A program made the translations under genes and the position numbers. The notes beneath the pieces were generated by a model that was not told where the DNA came from, did no database searches, and saw only the letters and a list, made by a program, of their open reading frames with translations. This document shows positions 29,224 to 38,934 of a DNA stretch of 64,000 nucleotides, in pieces. The DNA comes from Pseudomonadota bacterium (GTDB taxonomy: Bacteria > Pseudomonadota > Alphaproteobacteria > SMXQ01). The stretch is taken from the NCBI GenBank assembly GCA_022566265.1, contig JADFJG010000003.1:7572-71571 (forward strand), written 5' to 3'. The first letter of the stretch is position 1. The number at the start of each line of letters is the position of its first letter.

Positions 29224-30540
29224 TTATCGATGCCGTGGGGAATCGGCGACTCGGCACCGGGTTTTGGCCGCCGCCGCATCGACATATGTGTAGACGACCT
29301 CGCCGAAGTCGCCGTAGACCAGGCGCAGATATTCCTTGGGGTTGTTTGGGCAGGCTATGTTGCCGCCGAGGAAGGCGATGGTCGAAGTCGGCAGCACGAC
29401 CTCCCGCGGCACGCCATAGCCGCCACTCTCGGTCAAGGGCATGGCGCCCTTGAGAATTTTTCTTTCGAGCACGGGCTTGCCATAGCTTAGGGCGTGCCGG
29501 TAAACGGCGAGGTCGAGCCGGATTTCCCCTCGCATGCGATAGCGTCCCCAGGAGAAGGGCCATACCCCCGGCGGATCGTATGAGATGGCGATGAACCTCT
29601 TATTCTTGAAGACATCGACGTAATAGCCGTCCCGTGCACAGCACTCCGCAAGCCCGGCCACCAGCGAATCGAAAGTCCTTGCGTCGTCGAGCACGACCGA
29701 GAGGTCGATGTCGTCCTCCCACGCCAGAAGCCTGCCGTTCTCCCGCACCGCCCCCAGCAAGGTTCCCCCCTCGAGCCAGTGAACGACCCCCATGTCTCCG
29801 AGGCAGGAGGCGACATAGTGGCAAAGTTCCGCCATGTGCTCGCGGCAGCATGGCGCCGTGTTGAGGCCGAGGCGGTTGATGTAGAGGTTGAAGGGGCACG
29901 GCAGCGTCTCCTTGGCGCAGCCGCGCCAGTTGACGGTGCCATCGGACAGCACCAATTCGTCGATGCCGTGTTGTCTTGCAAAGCCTTCGATATCGCCATT
30001 CGCCTGAGCCTTTAGAACCGCAAGGTCATGACCGACGATGGGGTAAAGCCGTCGTCGGTCGTTCGGGCGGCGCGGCAAAAACCACACCAGCTCGATCGCC
30101 ACGGCGGCGGCCAGGAGCCCCAGCAGTTTGACATTGAGGGCGGCGTAGGCGGCGATGGCGGGCGCGAGCACCCACAGGCCCGCGTAGTCCCCGTGCCTGG
30201 CCAGGAACTCGACCCACCGTGGCGCCGGGCGGAAGGCGACCGCGGGAGCGGCGATGATGCTGAACAACACGGCAATGATTCCAGCCGACACCGCCAGCGC
30301 CACCGGGTCGAGGCCGTCGGACGACACCGACACGTAGCCCACCGTGAGGGTCACCAGCCCGGCCGTGGTGAGCGACAGCGCCAAGGAAGGGGGACGCCAG
30401 TTCCGCGGATATCTCAAGAGACGGATAAATGACAGATAAGTCACCACATAGAGCGCCACGGTGATCACGAAGCTGATCGTCAAGGCGGCGGATGACACTT
30501 CGGTCAACATGTCCCAATTATCTTTCGGAATGGCGGTCAC
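29224..30540 (-). CDS. Membrane-anchored LicD-family phosphotransferase (N-terminal ~5 TM helices, Cys-rich linker, LicD nucleotidyltransferase-fold domain)
   Basis: HWLEGGTLLGAVRENGRLLAWEDDIDL matches the LicD signature (GGTLLGxxR...WDDDxD). The N-terminal 200 aa are hydrophobic. Confidence 0.7.
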   Translation of the reverse strand: MTAIPKDNWDMLTEVSSAALTISFVITVALYVVTYLSFIRLLRYPRNWRPPSLALSLTTAGLVTLTVGYVSVSSDGLDPVALAVSAGIIAVLFSIIAAPAVAFRPAPRWVEFLARHGDYAGLWVLAPAIAAYAALNVKLLGLLAAAVAIELVWFLPRRPNDRRRLYPIVGHDLAVLKAQANGDIEGFARQHGIDELVLSDGTVNWRGCAKETLPCPFNLYINRLGLNTAPCCREHMAELCHYVASCLGDMGVVHWLEGGTLLGAVRENGRLLAWEDDIDLSVVLDDARTFDSLVAGLAECCARDGYYVDVFKNKRFIAISYDPPGVWPFSWGRYRMRGEIRLDLAVYRHALSYGKPVLERKILKGAMPLTESGGYGVPREVVLPTSTIAFLGGNIACPNNPKEYLRLVYGDFGEVVYTYVDAAAAKTRCRVADSPRHR

Positions 30541-30879
30541 TCTGCCGGCGCCGCATGGCCTTGGGTCGATCGTTGGCCGGCAGAGTTAGCGAGAGGTGCC
30601 GAAACATACCATATCTCCACCGCCAACGTGCCCTCAAAGGCTCCGAAGCCCGCCCCTCCATCCAATGACACCCGGTGGCCTGCCCCCAGCCCAGCGCGCC
30701 ATTGCCGCGATTCCGGACTATTGCGGCCGGCTCTGGTTATGGCACACTGGCGAAGGGATCGGCGGCTCACACCGGGAGACGCCGGGCGCCCGGGAGTTGG
30801 CTTAAATGGCTCCGGTTTCAGGGTCTCCGATTTCTGGGCGGCCTCGGAGAATGGAGCGCGGGAAAGGCAGGGACGCGCG

Positions 30880-31164
30880 ATGACGGATTTAGCGCGTATC
30901 GAGATCGTTTACTGCCGCCAGTGCCGCTGGCTGCTGCGCGCGGCGTGGATGGCGCAGGAGCTTCTGAGTACTTTCGAGACCGAGCTTGGCGGCATCGCCT
31001 TGGTGCCTGGGACCGGCGGCGTCTTCGAGGTCCGCCTTGGCGACGACGTCATCTGGTCGCGCCAGGAGATGGAGAGGTTCCCCGACATCAAGGAGTTGAA
31101 GCAACTGGTCCGGGACCGGGTGGCGCCGGAGAAGGATATCGGCCACTCGGAGCCCGACGCCTAG
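30880..31164 (+). CDS. Rdx-family (SelW/SelT-like) small redox protein with CxxC
   Basis: MTDLARIEIVYCRQCRWLLRAAWMAQELL ... is an Rdx-fold CxxC(U) motif at the N-terminus. 94 aa. Confidence 0.6.
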   Translation: MTDLARIEIVYCRQCRWLLRAAWMAQELLSTFETELGGIALVPGTGGVFEVRLGDDVIWSRQEMERFPDIKELKQLVRDRVAPEKDIGHSEPDA

Positions 31165-31230
31165 CCGCGTCCGACCAACCGGTATCACCGTGGTGAAAAC
31201 CCTTGCCAATTCGGCGCCGTCCACGGACAG

Positions 31231-31284
31231 CCATTTCCGGGCCATTTCCGGGCCATTTCCGGGCCATTTCCGGGCCATTCCCGG
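31231..31284 (+). repeat. 11-bp tandem repeat (CCATTTCCGGG), about 5 copies, in the intergenic region upstream of the TauD-family gene
   Basis: ccatttccggg appears four times in perfect head-to-tail succession, then ccattcccgg. It lies 110 nt upstream of the ATG at 31393. Confidence 0.9.
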
Positions 31285-31392
31285 AAGCTCGCGGTGTCGG
31301 CGGAGTGAAAACAATTCCAGTGGTGGCGCCATCTGGCTATGATCGCCATGGATTTGGAGGGTGCCCGGGAAATGCCGGACGACGGGAGGCCC

Positions 31393-32217
31393 ATGAAGAT
31401 CAGCAGGCTTTGCGGCGCGCTCGGCGCCGAGGTGCGGGGCGTGGACCTGGCCCGCCTGGACGAGGCGGCGAGCGCGGCCATTCGCGACGCCTTCCATGAG
31501 CACCTGGTCCTGGTGTTCCCGGATCAGGACCTCGCCGCCGGCGCCCAGGTGGCATTCACCGAGCTGTTCGGCGCCGTCGAGCCCCACCCGCTGCGCACGC
31601 GCCGGACCGTCGACGGCTTCCCGGCGGTGCTGATCATCGAGAACCGCAAGGGCCGGCCCGGCGCGCGCAACGACTACTGGCATTCGGACATCTCCCACGC
31701 CGAACGGCCGCCGGCGGTGACGGTGCTGCACGCGATCAAGGTGACCGAGGGGCGCGGCGACACCATGTTCTGCAACATGTACCGCGCTTACGATGCGCTT
31801 TCGGAGGACCAGCGCGAGGCCTTGCGGGGCCGGCGCGCGCTGCACAGCGGCATGGCCACCTACACGCGCAGCCTGGAGCATAACGACGCCCGCGCCATCG
31901 ACCGCGCCGAAGTGAAGCCGCCGCGCGCCCACCCGGTGGTGTGCACCCATCCGGTGACTCATCGCCCGATGCTGTTCGTCAACCCGCACTTCACCACCCG
32001 TATGGAAGACATGACGGAGGACGAGAGCCGTCCCCTGCTGGACAGCCTGTACGCCGCCGCCACCCGGCCCGAGAACGTCTACCGGCACCGCTGGCGGGTC
32101 GGCGACGTGGTGATGTGGGACAACCGGTGCGCCATGCACTACGCGGTCATGGACTACACCGAGGACATGGCGCGCCAACTGCACCGGACGACCGCCGCCG
32201 GCGCCGCGCCGCGCTGA
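31393..32217 (+). CDS. TauD/TfdA-family Fe(II)/2-oxoglutarate-dependent dioxygenase
   Basis: HSDISHAERPP (HxD iron ligands) and the C-terminal motif MWDNRCAMH. GGGAGG SD 4 nt upstream of the ATG at 31393. Confidence 0.85.
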   Translation: MKISRLCGALGAEVRGVDLARLDEAASAAIRDAFHEHLVLVFPDQDLAAGAQVAFTELFGAVEPHPLRTRRTVDGFPAVLIIENRKGRPGARNDYWHSDISHAERPPAVTVLHAIKVTEGRGDTMFCNMYRAYDALSEDQREALRGRRALHSGMATYTRSLEHNDARAIDRAEVKPPRAHPVVCTHPVTHRPMLFVNPHFTTRMEDMTEDESRPLLDSLYAAATRPENVYRHRWRVGDVVMWDNRCAMHYAVMDYTEDMARQLHRTTAAGAAPR

Positions 32218-32338
32218 GCGCCGTGGCCAGTCCCCGTCGCTCGGCCGATACGGACTGGTCATCCAAGCCTCCCGATCGTTGGAAAGCTTGAATCACATCC
32301 GGACTCAAACGATTCCATCCGGCCGGATCGTGCCCTAA

Positions 32339-32583
32339 CCCGAATATTTTATGAAGGCGCTCCCTCAGAGCGTGTTAAGTGTTTTACTTCAAGGGTTTGG
32401 TTCGTTTGTCGAAAAGGGGCGTTTTGTACCCTCGTCCGCTGAACGGTTTTGCGCCGGCCCTGTTTGTCCAAATCGGCGCACCAAACCTCAAGCCATAGCG
32501 ATGCTATGACTTTCGGCTTCGCACACCGCCTTGGACCAACATTGCTCGCCGCAAATTCCGTTCCCTTCATGAAATACCCGGGC
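32339..32583. mobile_element. MITE-like element, copy 2 (245 bp, about 92% identical to copy 1, inverted orientation), with CTAA target-site duplication
   Basis: Left end CCCGAATATTTTATGAAGG; reverse complement of right end CCCGGGTATTTCATGAAGG. Flanked by CTAA at 32335-32338 and 32584-32587. It lies between the TauD-like gene and sdhC. Confidence 0.65.
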
Positions 32584-32857
32584 TAACCCCCCGCCGACAC
32601 CGTCCGGGCAAGGTTCCCTATTCGGCCGGATTTGCCCGCCGGACCGGGCGCCACTGGCCGGCGATATCCGCCTCGGGCGGCGGGCGGGCCGTCGCCGGGG
32701 GATCGGGCGCTGGGCGCGGTGGAGGTCGGTTTCCCCGAAGTTGACACTGAGTGGCCAGGAGTCTAAACCGGGTGCGCGGCGTCCAACATCGAGCGGCGCC
32801 GCATTCCGTCCGAGATCGTTTCTCACGGCTTCGCTGATCGCTCTCAGGGCTTCGCAA

Positions 32858-33256
32858 ATGCCAAAGGGTAAACGTCCGCTGTCGCCTCATCTGCAGGTCT
32901 ACCGGCCGCAGTTGACCTCCACCTTGTCGATATTTCACCGCATTACCGGAGTGGCGCTGTTCGCCGGCATGGCGCTGCTGGTCACCTGGCTGCTGGCCGC
33001 CGGGGCCGGGCCGGGCCCCTTCGCGGTGGCCCAGGGATTGCTGGGGTCGTGGTTTGGCATGGTGGTGCTTCTCGGGTTTTCCTTCGCGCTGTTCTTTCAC
33101 CTGTGCAATGGCGTCCGCCATCTCGTCTGGGACGCCGGCTGGGGCTTCGAGTTGCCCCAGGTCTATGCTTCGGGTTGGGCGGTCGTCGTGGTGTCGGTGC
33201 TGTTGACCGGAGCGGCCTGGGCGTACGGCCTGACCATGATGGGCGGCGGATCATGA
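32858..33256 (+). CDS. sdhC: Succinate dehydrogenase cytochrome b556 subunit
   Basis: [26 protein letters not shown] is the canonical SdhC N-terminus. 3 TM helices. Confidence 0.85.
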   Translation: MPKGKRPLSPHLQVYRPQLTSTLSIFHRITGVALFAGMALLVTWLLAAGAGPGPFAVAQGLLGSWFGMVVLLGFSFALFFHLCNGVRHLVWDAGWGFELPQVYASGWAVVVVSVLLTGAAWAYGLTMMGGGS

Positions 33257-33621
33257 GCCCCGGTTCGGCTCCCCCCCCCGGTTCGGCCCCCCAGGGCGCC
33301 GGCCACTGGTGGGTACAGAGGCTGACCGCGATCGCCCTGGTGCCGCTGACGATCTGGTTCGTCCCCTCCATGGCGATGCTGGCCGGGAAGAGCCATGGGG
33401 CGGTCGTCGCCTGGCTCGGCGCGCCACTGAACGCCATGCTGATGGCGTCGCTGTTGGCGGTCACCTTCACCCACCTGTGGCTCGGTCTCGAGTCCATCAT
33501 CGAGGATTACGTCCACGCCGGGCGCCGCCACATCGGCACCATGATCGCCATGAAGATCGCCGTCGCCGGCATGGCGCTGGCGTCATTCTTCGCCGTCGCC
33601 AAGATCGCCTTCGGCGGCTAA
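33253..33621 (+). CDS. sdhD: Succinate dehydrogenase hydrophobic membrane anchor subunit
   Basis: [15 protein letters not shown]... SdhD motif. The ATG overlaps the sdhC stop (ATGA). Confidence 0.8.
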   Translation: MSPGSAPPPGSAPQGAGHWWVQRLTAIALVPLTIWFVPSMAMLAGKSHGAVVAWLGAPLNAMLMASLLAVTFTHLWLGLESIIEDYVHAGRRHIGTMIAMKIAVAGMALASFFAVAKIAFGG

Positions 33622-33626
33622 GCGCG

Positions 33627-35417
33627 ATGGCGAAGTCCTACGACATCACCGATCACGACTATGACGTCATCGTCGTCGGCGCCGGCGGCGCCGGATTGCG
33701 CGCCACCCTTGGCATGACCGCGGCGGGACTGAAGACCGGATGCATCTCCAAGGTGTTCCCGACCCGCAGCCACACCGTCAGCGCCCAAGGCGGCATCGGC
33801 GCCGCGTTCGGCAATATCGAGCCCGACGATTGGCGCTGGCACATGTACGACACGGTCAAGGGTTCGGACTGGCTCGGCGATCAGGACGCCATCGAATATC
33901 TCTGCCGCCACGCCGTCGAGGCGGTGACCGAGCTCGAGCATTTCGGCGTACCCTTTTCGCGCACCGAGGATGGCAAGATCTACCAGCGGCCCTTCGGCGG
34001 CCACACGGTGGAGTACGGCAAGGCCATGGCGCACAGGGCCTGCGCCGCCGCCGACCGCACCGGCCACGCCATCCTGCAGACGCTCTACCAGCAATCCCTC
34101 AAGCACCGGGCCGAGTTCTTCATCGAGTATTTCGCCCTCGATCTGCTGATGGACGCCGAAGGCGTCTGCCGGGGGGTGATGGCGTGGAACCTGGAAGACG
34201 GGAGCTTGCATCGATTCCACGCGCAGATCACCGTGCTCGCCACCGGCGGCTACGGGCGAGCCTATTTCTCCTGCACCTCCGCCCACACCTGCACCGGCGA
34301 TGGCAACGCCATGGCGTTGCGCGCCGGGCTGGCGCTGCAGGACATGGAATTCATCCAGTTCCATCCCACCGGGATTTACGGTTCGGGCTGCCTGATCACC
34401 GAAGGCGCCCGCGGCGAGGGAGGGTATCTGGTCAATTCCGAGGGCGAACATTTCATGGAGCGTTACGCGCCCACCGCCGGCGACCTGGCATCGCGGGACG
34501 TGGTCAGCCGCGCCCTCACCATCGAGATTCGCGAGGGCCGGGGCGTCGGGCCGAAAAAGGACCATATCCATCTCCACCTCGAACATCTGGACCCGGATCT
34601 GCTTCAAGAACGCCTGCCGGGGATTTCGGAAACCGCCCAGATATTCGCCGGTGTCGACGTCACCAAGGAACCGATCCCGGTCATTCCGACGGTGCACTAC
34701 AACATGGGCGGCATCCCCACCAACCACCATGGCGAGGTCCTGAGGCCGACGGCCGGCGATCCGGATGCCGTGCAGCCGGGGCTGATGGCGATCGGCGAGG
34801 CGGCATCGGTTTCGGTCCACGGCGCCAACCGGCTGGGTTGCAATTCGCTTCTCGACATCGTCGTGTTCGGCCGCGCCGCCGCCCTCAGGGCGGCCGAGCT
34901 GCTGACGCCGGGTGAGGCGCACAAGCCGTTGCCCGGCGCCGCCAGCGAGGCGGTGATCGCCCGGCTGGACAGGCTTCGCCACGCCAAGGGCGCGCTCAGG
35001 ACCAGCGAGATACGCCTCGATATGCAGCGCGCCATGCAGGAAAACTGCGCCGTTTTCCGCAATGCCGAGATTCTCGACGAAGGGGTCGAGAAAATCGACG
35101 CGGTGGGCGCCTCGTTCGCCGAGGTCAATGTCACGGATCGGTCGATGATCTGGAATTCCGACCTGGTCGAGACCCTGGAGCTCGATAATCTGCTGGGCCA
35201 GGCGGTGGTCAGCCTGCATTCGGCGGCGGCGCGCACCGAAAGCCGCGGCGCCCATGCGCGCGAGGATTATCCCGATCGCGACGACGAAAACTGGCTCAAG
35301 CACAGCCTCGCTGTGCGCGACGGGGAAGGCCGCGTCGTCCTCGACTACCGACCGGTCCATCTCCAGCCCTTGAGCGACGATGTCGATACCATCCCGCCCC
35401 AGGAACGGGTCTACTGA
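33627..35417 (+). CDS. sdhA: Succinate dehydrogenase flavoprotein subunit
   Basis: [18 protein letters not shown]-binding motif and the conserved covalent-FAD His region (SHTVSAQGG). Confidence 0.95.
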   Translation: MAKSYDITDHDYDVIVVGAGGAGLRATLGMTAAGLKTGCISKVFPTRSHTVSAQGGIGAAFGNIEPDDWRWHMYDTVKGSDWLGDQDAIEYLCRHAVEAVTELEHFGVPFSRTEDGKIYQRPFGGHTVEYGKAMAHRACAAADRTGHAILQTLYQQSLKHRAEFFIEYFALDLLMDAEGVCRGVMAWNLEDGSLHRFHAQITVLATGGYGRAYFSCTSAHTCTGDGNAMALRAGLALQDMEFIQFHPTGIYGSGCLITEGARGEGGYLVNSEGEHFMERYAPTAGDLASRDVVSRALTIEIREGRGVGPKKDHIHLHLEHLDPDLLQERLPGISETAQIFAGVDVTKEPIPVIPTVHYNMGGIPTNHHGEVLRPTAGDPDAVQPGLMAIGEAASVSVHGANRLGCNSLLDIVVFGRAAALRAAELLTPGEAHKPLPGAASEAVIARLDRLRHAKGALRTSEIRLDMQRAMQENCAVFRNAEILDEGVEKIDAVGASFAEVNVTDRSMIWNSDLVETLELDNLLGQAVVSLHSAAARTESRGAHAREDYPDRDDENWLKHSLAVRDGEGRVVLDYRPVHLQPLSDDVDTIPPQERVY

Positions 35418-35464
35418 GGATCCCATGGCAGACGTTCGAAGACGAGGAAACATCAAGGCCCCGG

Positions 35465-36247
35465 ATGATGGTTGAATTCCTGCTTCCGAGAAATTCCAGG
35501 GTCGTCAAGGGCAAGCACTTCGCCGCGCCGGCCCGCGCCCGGAACGTCAAGACCCTCAAGGTCTACCGCTGGGACCCCGACAAGGACGACAATCCCAGGC
35601 TCGACAGCTTCGAGGTCGATCTCGATGATTGCGGCGCCATGGTTCTCGACGCCCTGATCAAGATCAAGGACGAGACCGATCCCACCCTCACCTTCCGCCG
35701 TTCCTGCCGGGAAGGGGTCTGCGGCAGTTGCGCCATGAACATCGACGGGGTCAACACCCTGGCCTGCATCAAGCGGATCGAGGAGATAAAGGGCGAGGTG
35801 AAAGTGTATCCGCTGCCCCACATGGAGGTGGTCAAGGACCTGGTGCCCGACCTTGAAGGGGCTTATGCCCAGTACGCCTCGATCGAACCGTGGCTGCAGA
35901 CCGAGACGCCGGCGCCCGAGGGCCGCGAACGCCTCCAGAGCACCGAGGAGCGCGAGAGGCTCGACGGCCTGTGGGAGTGCATCCTCTGCTTCTGCTGCTC
36001 CACCGCCTGCCCGAGTTACTGGTGGAACGGCGATCGCTTCCTCGGCCCCGCCATCCTGCTCCAGGCCTATCGCTGGATCGCCGATTCGAGGGACGAGGCG
36101 ACGACCAAGCGGCTCGACGCGCTGGAGGATCCCTTCCGGCTCTATCGCTGCCATACCATCATGAACTGCACCAACACCTGCCCCAAGGGGCTTAATCCCG
36201 CCAAGGCGATCGCCGAAATCAAGAAACTCATATCCACCCGGCGTTAG
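35465..36247 (+). CDS. sdhB: Succinate dehydrogenase iron-sulfur subunit
   Basis: [11 protein letters not shown] (2Fe-2S) and [17 protein letters not shown] / [14 protein letters not shown] cluster motifs. Confidence 0.95.
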   Translation: MMVEFLLPRNSRVVKGKHFAAPARARNVKTLKVYRWDPDKDDNPRLDSFEVDLDDCGAMVLDALIKIKDETDPTLTFRRSCREGVCGSCAMNIDGVNTLACIKRIEEIKGEVKVYPLPHMEVVKDLVPDLEGAYAQYASIEPWLQTETPAPEGRERLQSTEERERLDGLWECILCFCCSTACPSYWWNGDRFLGPAILLQAYRWIADSRDEATTKRLDALEDPFRLYRCHTIMNCTNTCPKGLNPAKAIAEIKKLISTRR

Positions 36248-36504
36248 GACTTGCATCGGCGCCGGGGCGCCGGGGCGCCGCGGCGCGCAAGGCGCGGAAT
36301 CGGCCATTTCGGGCCGATATGCAGCCCCGTCATGGCTGAAAAGCAATCTTGCCAAAGGACTTGATGTTGAAGTACTAACGCCCGAACCCATGTGATGTTG
36401 GATAGGGATAATGAACGGTTTGCTCCGGGGTCCCGGCGGCGGCCGAGAGACAACGACAAGGACGGCCCTTGGCGCCGGGTTGGGGCGCCGCGGGCCGCGG
36501 AGAA

Positions 36505-37515
36505 ATGTACCAAACCATCGTAACAGCCGGCGAACAGGCGATTGGCCAGAGGGACATCGATCCCGTCCTCGATCTCGAGGCCGAGATCGGCCGTTTGCGC
36601 GAAGAATTGAACGCCGTCATCCTCGCCCACTACTACCAGGAGGGCGAGATCCAGGACCTTGCGGATTTCGTCGGCGATTCCCTCGATTTGTCGCGCCGGG
36701 CGGCGGCAACGGATGCCGACGTCATCGTCTTCTGCGGCGTGCGTTTCATGGCCGAGGTGGCCAAGATCCTGAGCCCCTCGAAGACCGTTCTCCTGCCCGA
36801 TGCCGAGGCCGGCTGCTCGCTGGAGGAGTCGTGCCAGCCGGAGCCGTTCCGGCGCTTCCGCGCCCAGCACCCCGATCATCTGGCGCTGACCTACATCAAC
36901 TGCTCGGCCGAAGTTAAGGCGCTCTCCGACATCATCGTCACCTCGTCGAACGCCGCCGCCATCATCGCCCGGATTCCCGAGGACAGACCCATCCTGTTCG
37001 CGCCCGACCGCCATCTCGGCCGCTACCTCATGCGCCAGAGCGGACGCGAGATGACGTTGTGGCCGGGCACCTGCATCGTCCACGAACAGTTTTCCGAACG
37101 CGAAATCGTCAAGCTGAAGGTGCGCTACCCCGAGGCCAAGGTGGCGGCCCATCCTGAGTGTCCCGACTCGATCCTCGCCCTAGCCGATCATATCGGCTCG
37201 ACGCGCTCGATCCTGGAATTCGCCGTCACCGCCGAAGGCAGGGATTTCATCATCGCTACCGAGCCCGGCATCATCCACCAGATGGAAAAGCGGGCGCCCC
37301 ACAAGCGCTTCATCCCGGCGCCCGGCGCCGAGGGCGAGTGCGCCTGCAACATCTGCCCCTTCATGGCGTTGAATACCTTGGAGAAACTCTATCTCTGCAT
37401 GGTCAATATGGCGCCGAGGGTGGAAATCGCCGAACCCCTGCGCATCCAGGCGCTGAAGCCTCTCGAGCGGATGCTCGAGATGTCGCTGCCGATCCCGGCG
37501 GCCGCCGCCGAATAG
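36505..37515 (+). CDS. nadA: Quinolinate synthase A
   Basis: 336 aa with three-fold NadA repeat architecture and conserved Cys residues. GGAG SD 4 nt upstream of the ATG at 36505. Confidence 0.9.
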   Translation: MYQTIVTAGEQAIGQRDIDPVLDLEAEIGRLREELNAVILAHYYQEGEIQDLADFVGDSLDLSRRAAATDADVIVFCGVRFMAEVAKILSPSKTVLLPDAEAGCSLEESCQPEPFRRFRAQHPDHLALTYINCSAEVKALSDIIVTSSNAAAIIARIPEDRPILFAPDRHLGRYLMRQSGREMTLWPGTCIVHEQFSEREIVKLKVRYPEAKVAAHPECPDSILALADHIGSTRSILEFAVTAEGRDFIIATEPGIIHQMEKRAPHKRFIPAPGAEGECACNICPFMALNTLEKLYLCMVNMAPRVEIAEPLRIQALKPLERMLEMSLPIPAAAAE

Positions 37516-37571
37516 CGGCCCCCCCCGGATCGGGATAGCCATCGGGACGGCAATCGGATCAGGTTATCGGG

Positions 37572-38411
37572 ATGGAACCGGGCTTTGATGACATCGTCCA
37601 ATTCATCGACCGCGCCCTGGCCGAGGATGTCGGCCAGGGCGATATCACCACCGAAGCCACCGTGCCCGAGGGCACGCGGCTCAAGGTGGCGATGGTCGCG
37701 CGCCAGGAACTGGTGGTCTGTGGTTGCGAAATCGCGATCCAGGTATTCAAGCGCCTGGACCCGGATTGCATCGCCTCGGGCTTGGTCGAGGAGGGCCGGA
37801 AAGTCGCGGCCAGGACCGTGCTGGCGCGTATCGAGGGAGACGCCCGCGCCATCCTCGCGGCCGAGCGGACGGCGCTCAACATCATCCAGCATCTCTCGGG
37901 CATCGCCACGCTGACGCGCCAATATGTCGAGCGCATCGCCGGCACCGGGGCGATACTGCTCGATACCCGCAAGACCATCCCCGGCCTGCGCGCCCTGGCG
38001 AAATACGCCACCCGTACCGGCGGCGCCGACAATCACCGCATGCGGCTCGATGACGGCGTGCTGATCAAGGACAATCACATCGCCGCCTGCGCCAGCCTCG
38101 CCGAGGCGGTGCGCCGCGCCAAGCGCGAGGTGCCGCCCTCGACCGTCGTCGAGGTCGAATGCGATACCCTCGATCAGGTGCGAGAAGCGGCCGGGGCCGG
38201 GGCCGACATGATCCTCCTGGACAACATGGATCCGCCCGAGTTGGAGCAGGCGGTGAAGATCGTCGCCGGACGGGCCAAGCTCGAGGCGTCGGGCGGCATC
38301 ACCTTCGAGACCATCCGCGACAAGGCCGCGACAGGAGTGGATTTCGTCTCCGTCGGGCGCATGACCCAGTCGGCGCCCGCCGTCGATATCGGCCTCGATT
38401 ACGACGCCTAG
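37572..38411 (+). CDS. nadC: Nicotinate-nucleotide pyrophosphorylase (carboxylating)
   Basis: 279 aa with QPRTase motifs (LLDTRKTIPGLR and DNMDP). Confidence 0.9.
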   Translation: MEPGFDDIVQFIDRALAEDVGQGDITTEATVPEGTRLKVAMVARQELVVCGCEIAIQVFKRLDPDCIASGLVEEGRKVAARTVLARIEGDARAILAAERTALNIIQHLSGIATLTRQYVERIAGTGAILLDTRKTIPGLRALAKYATRTGGADNHRMRLDDGVLIKDNHIAACASLAEAVRRAKREVPPSTVVEVECDTLDQVREAAGAGADMILLDNMDPPELEQAVKIVAGRAKLEASGGITFETIRDKAATGVDFVSVGRMTQSAPAVDIGLDYDA

Positions 38412-38539
38412 GCCCGCCGCCGCCCTACACCTTTCTCTTTCCCCGTTCCCCGTAATTCGGTCAATGCCACGGCCGCTCCGGCGGCGGGACGCGCCGCGTG
38501 CCATCGGGCGGGGCCGGCGCCCCGACCCCATGGGCCGCG

Positions 38540-38720
38540 TTACCTTATATATAGTATATATCCGCAATATGCTGCCTTAATTAAGTAGTAATACAGGTTA
38601 AAATATAGGGTTAACAAATTACTAACAGTATGAATTAACACTTTTGAAATAATATGATTGAATTAGTCTTTAAAATTTGCTATATTGTATAAGCGTATTG
38701 TAAGAATAACTTAGGCGTTC
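38540..38720. other. Extremely AT-rich (~28% GC) 180-bp tract upstream of a sensor kinase gene
   Basis: tatatatagtatatat, ttaattaa, and direct repeats TATTGTATAAG / TATTGTAAGAA. This contrasts sharply with the ~65% GC surroundings. Confidence 0.5.
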
Positions 38721-38934
38721 CTGAATGATCGCGGGGTCAACTTTCCCGGTGCCGATCGGCGCTGGATTAAGCCTTTTCCAATCATTCGCGCCTTATAAGG
38801 ATTATGGCGGCGCCCGCGATTGTCATCGCCCGGCCCATGGGCGCGATGTGGTGTTGGGTCATCGCCCTTCGCGGGGCGGGGCCCGGCTTCGGAGAAACCC
38901 CCGGCTTCGGAGAAAACAAGGTGGTCATGGGACG

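Noticed and set aside
32349-32570. 73-aa ORF inside MITE copy 2 (and the shorter equivalent in copy 1)
   Set aside because: The reading frame is interrupted by a stop in copy 1 and shows no codon bias. The element is better explained as non-coding.
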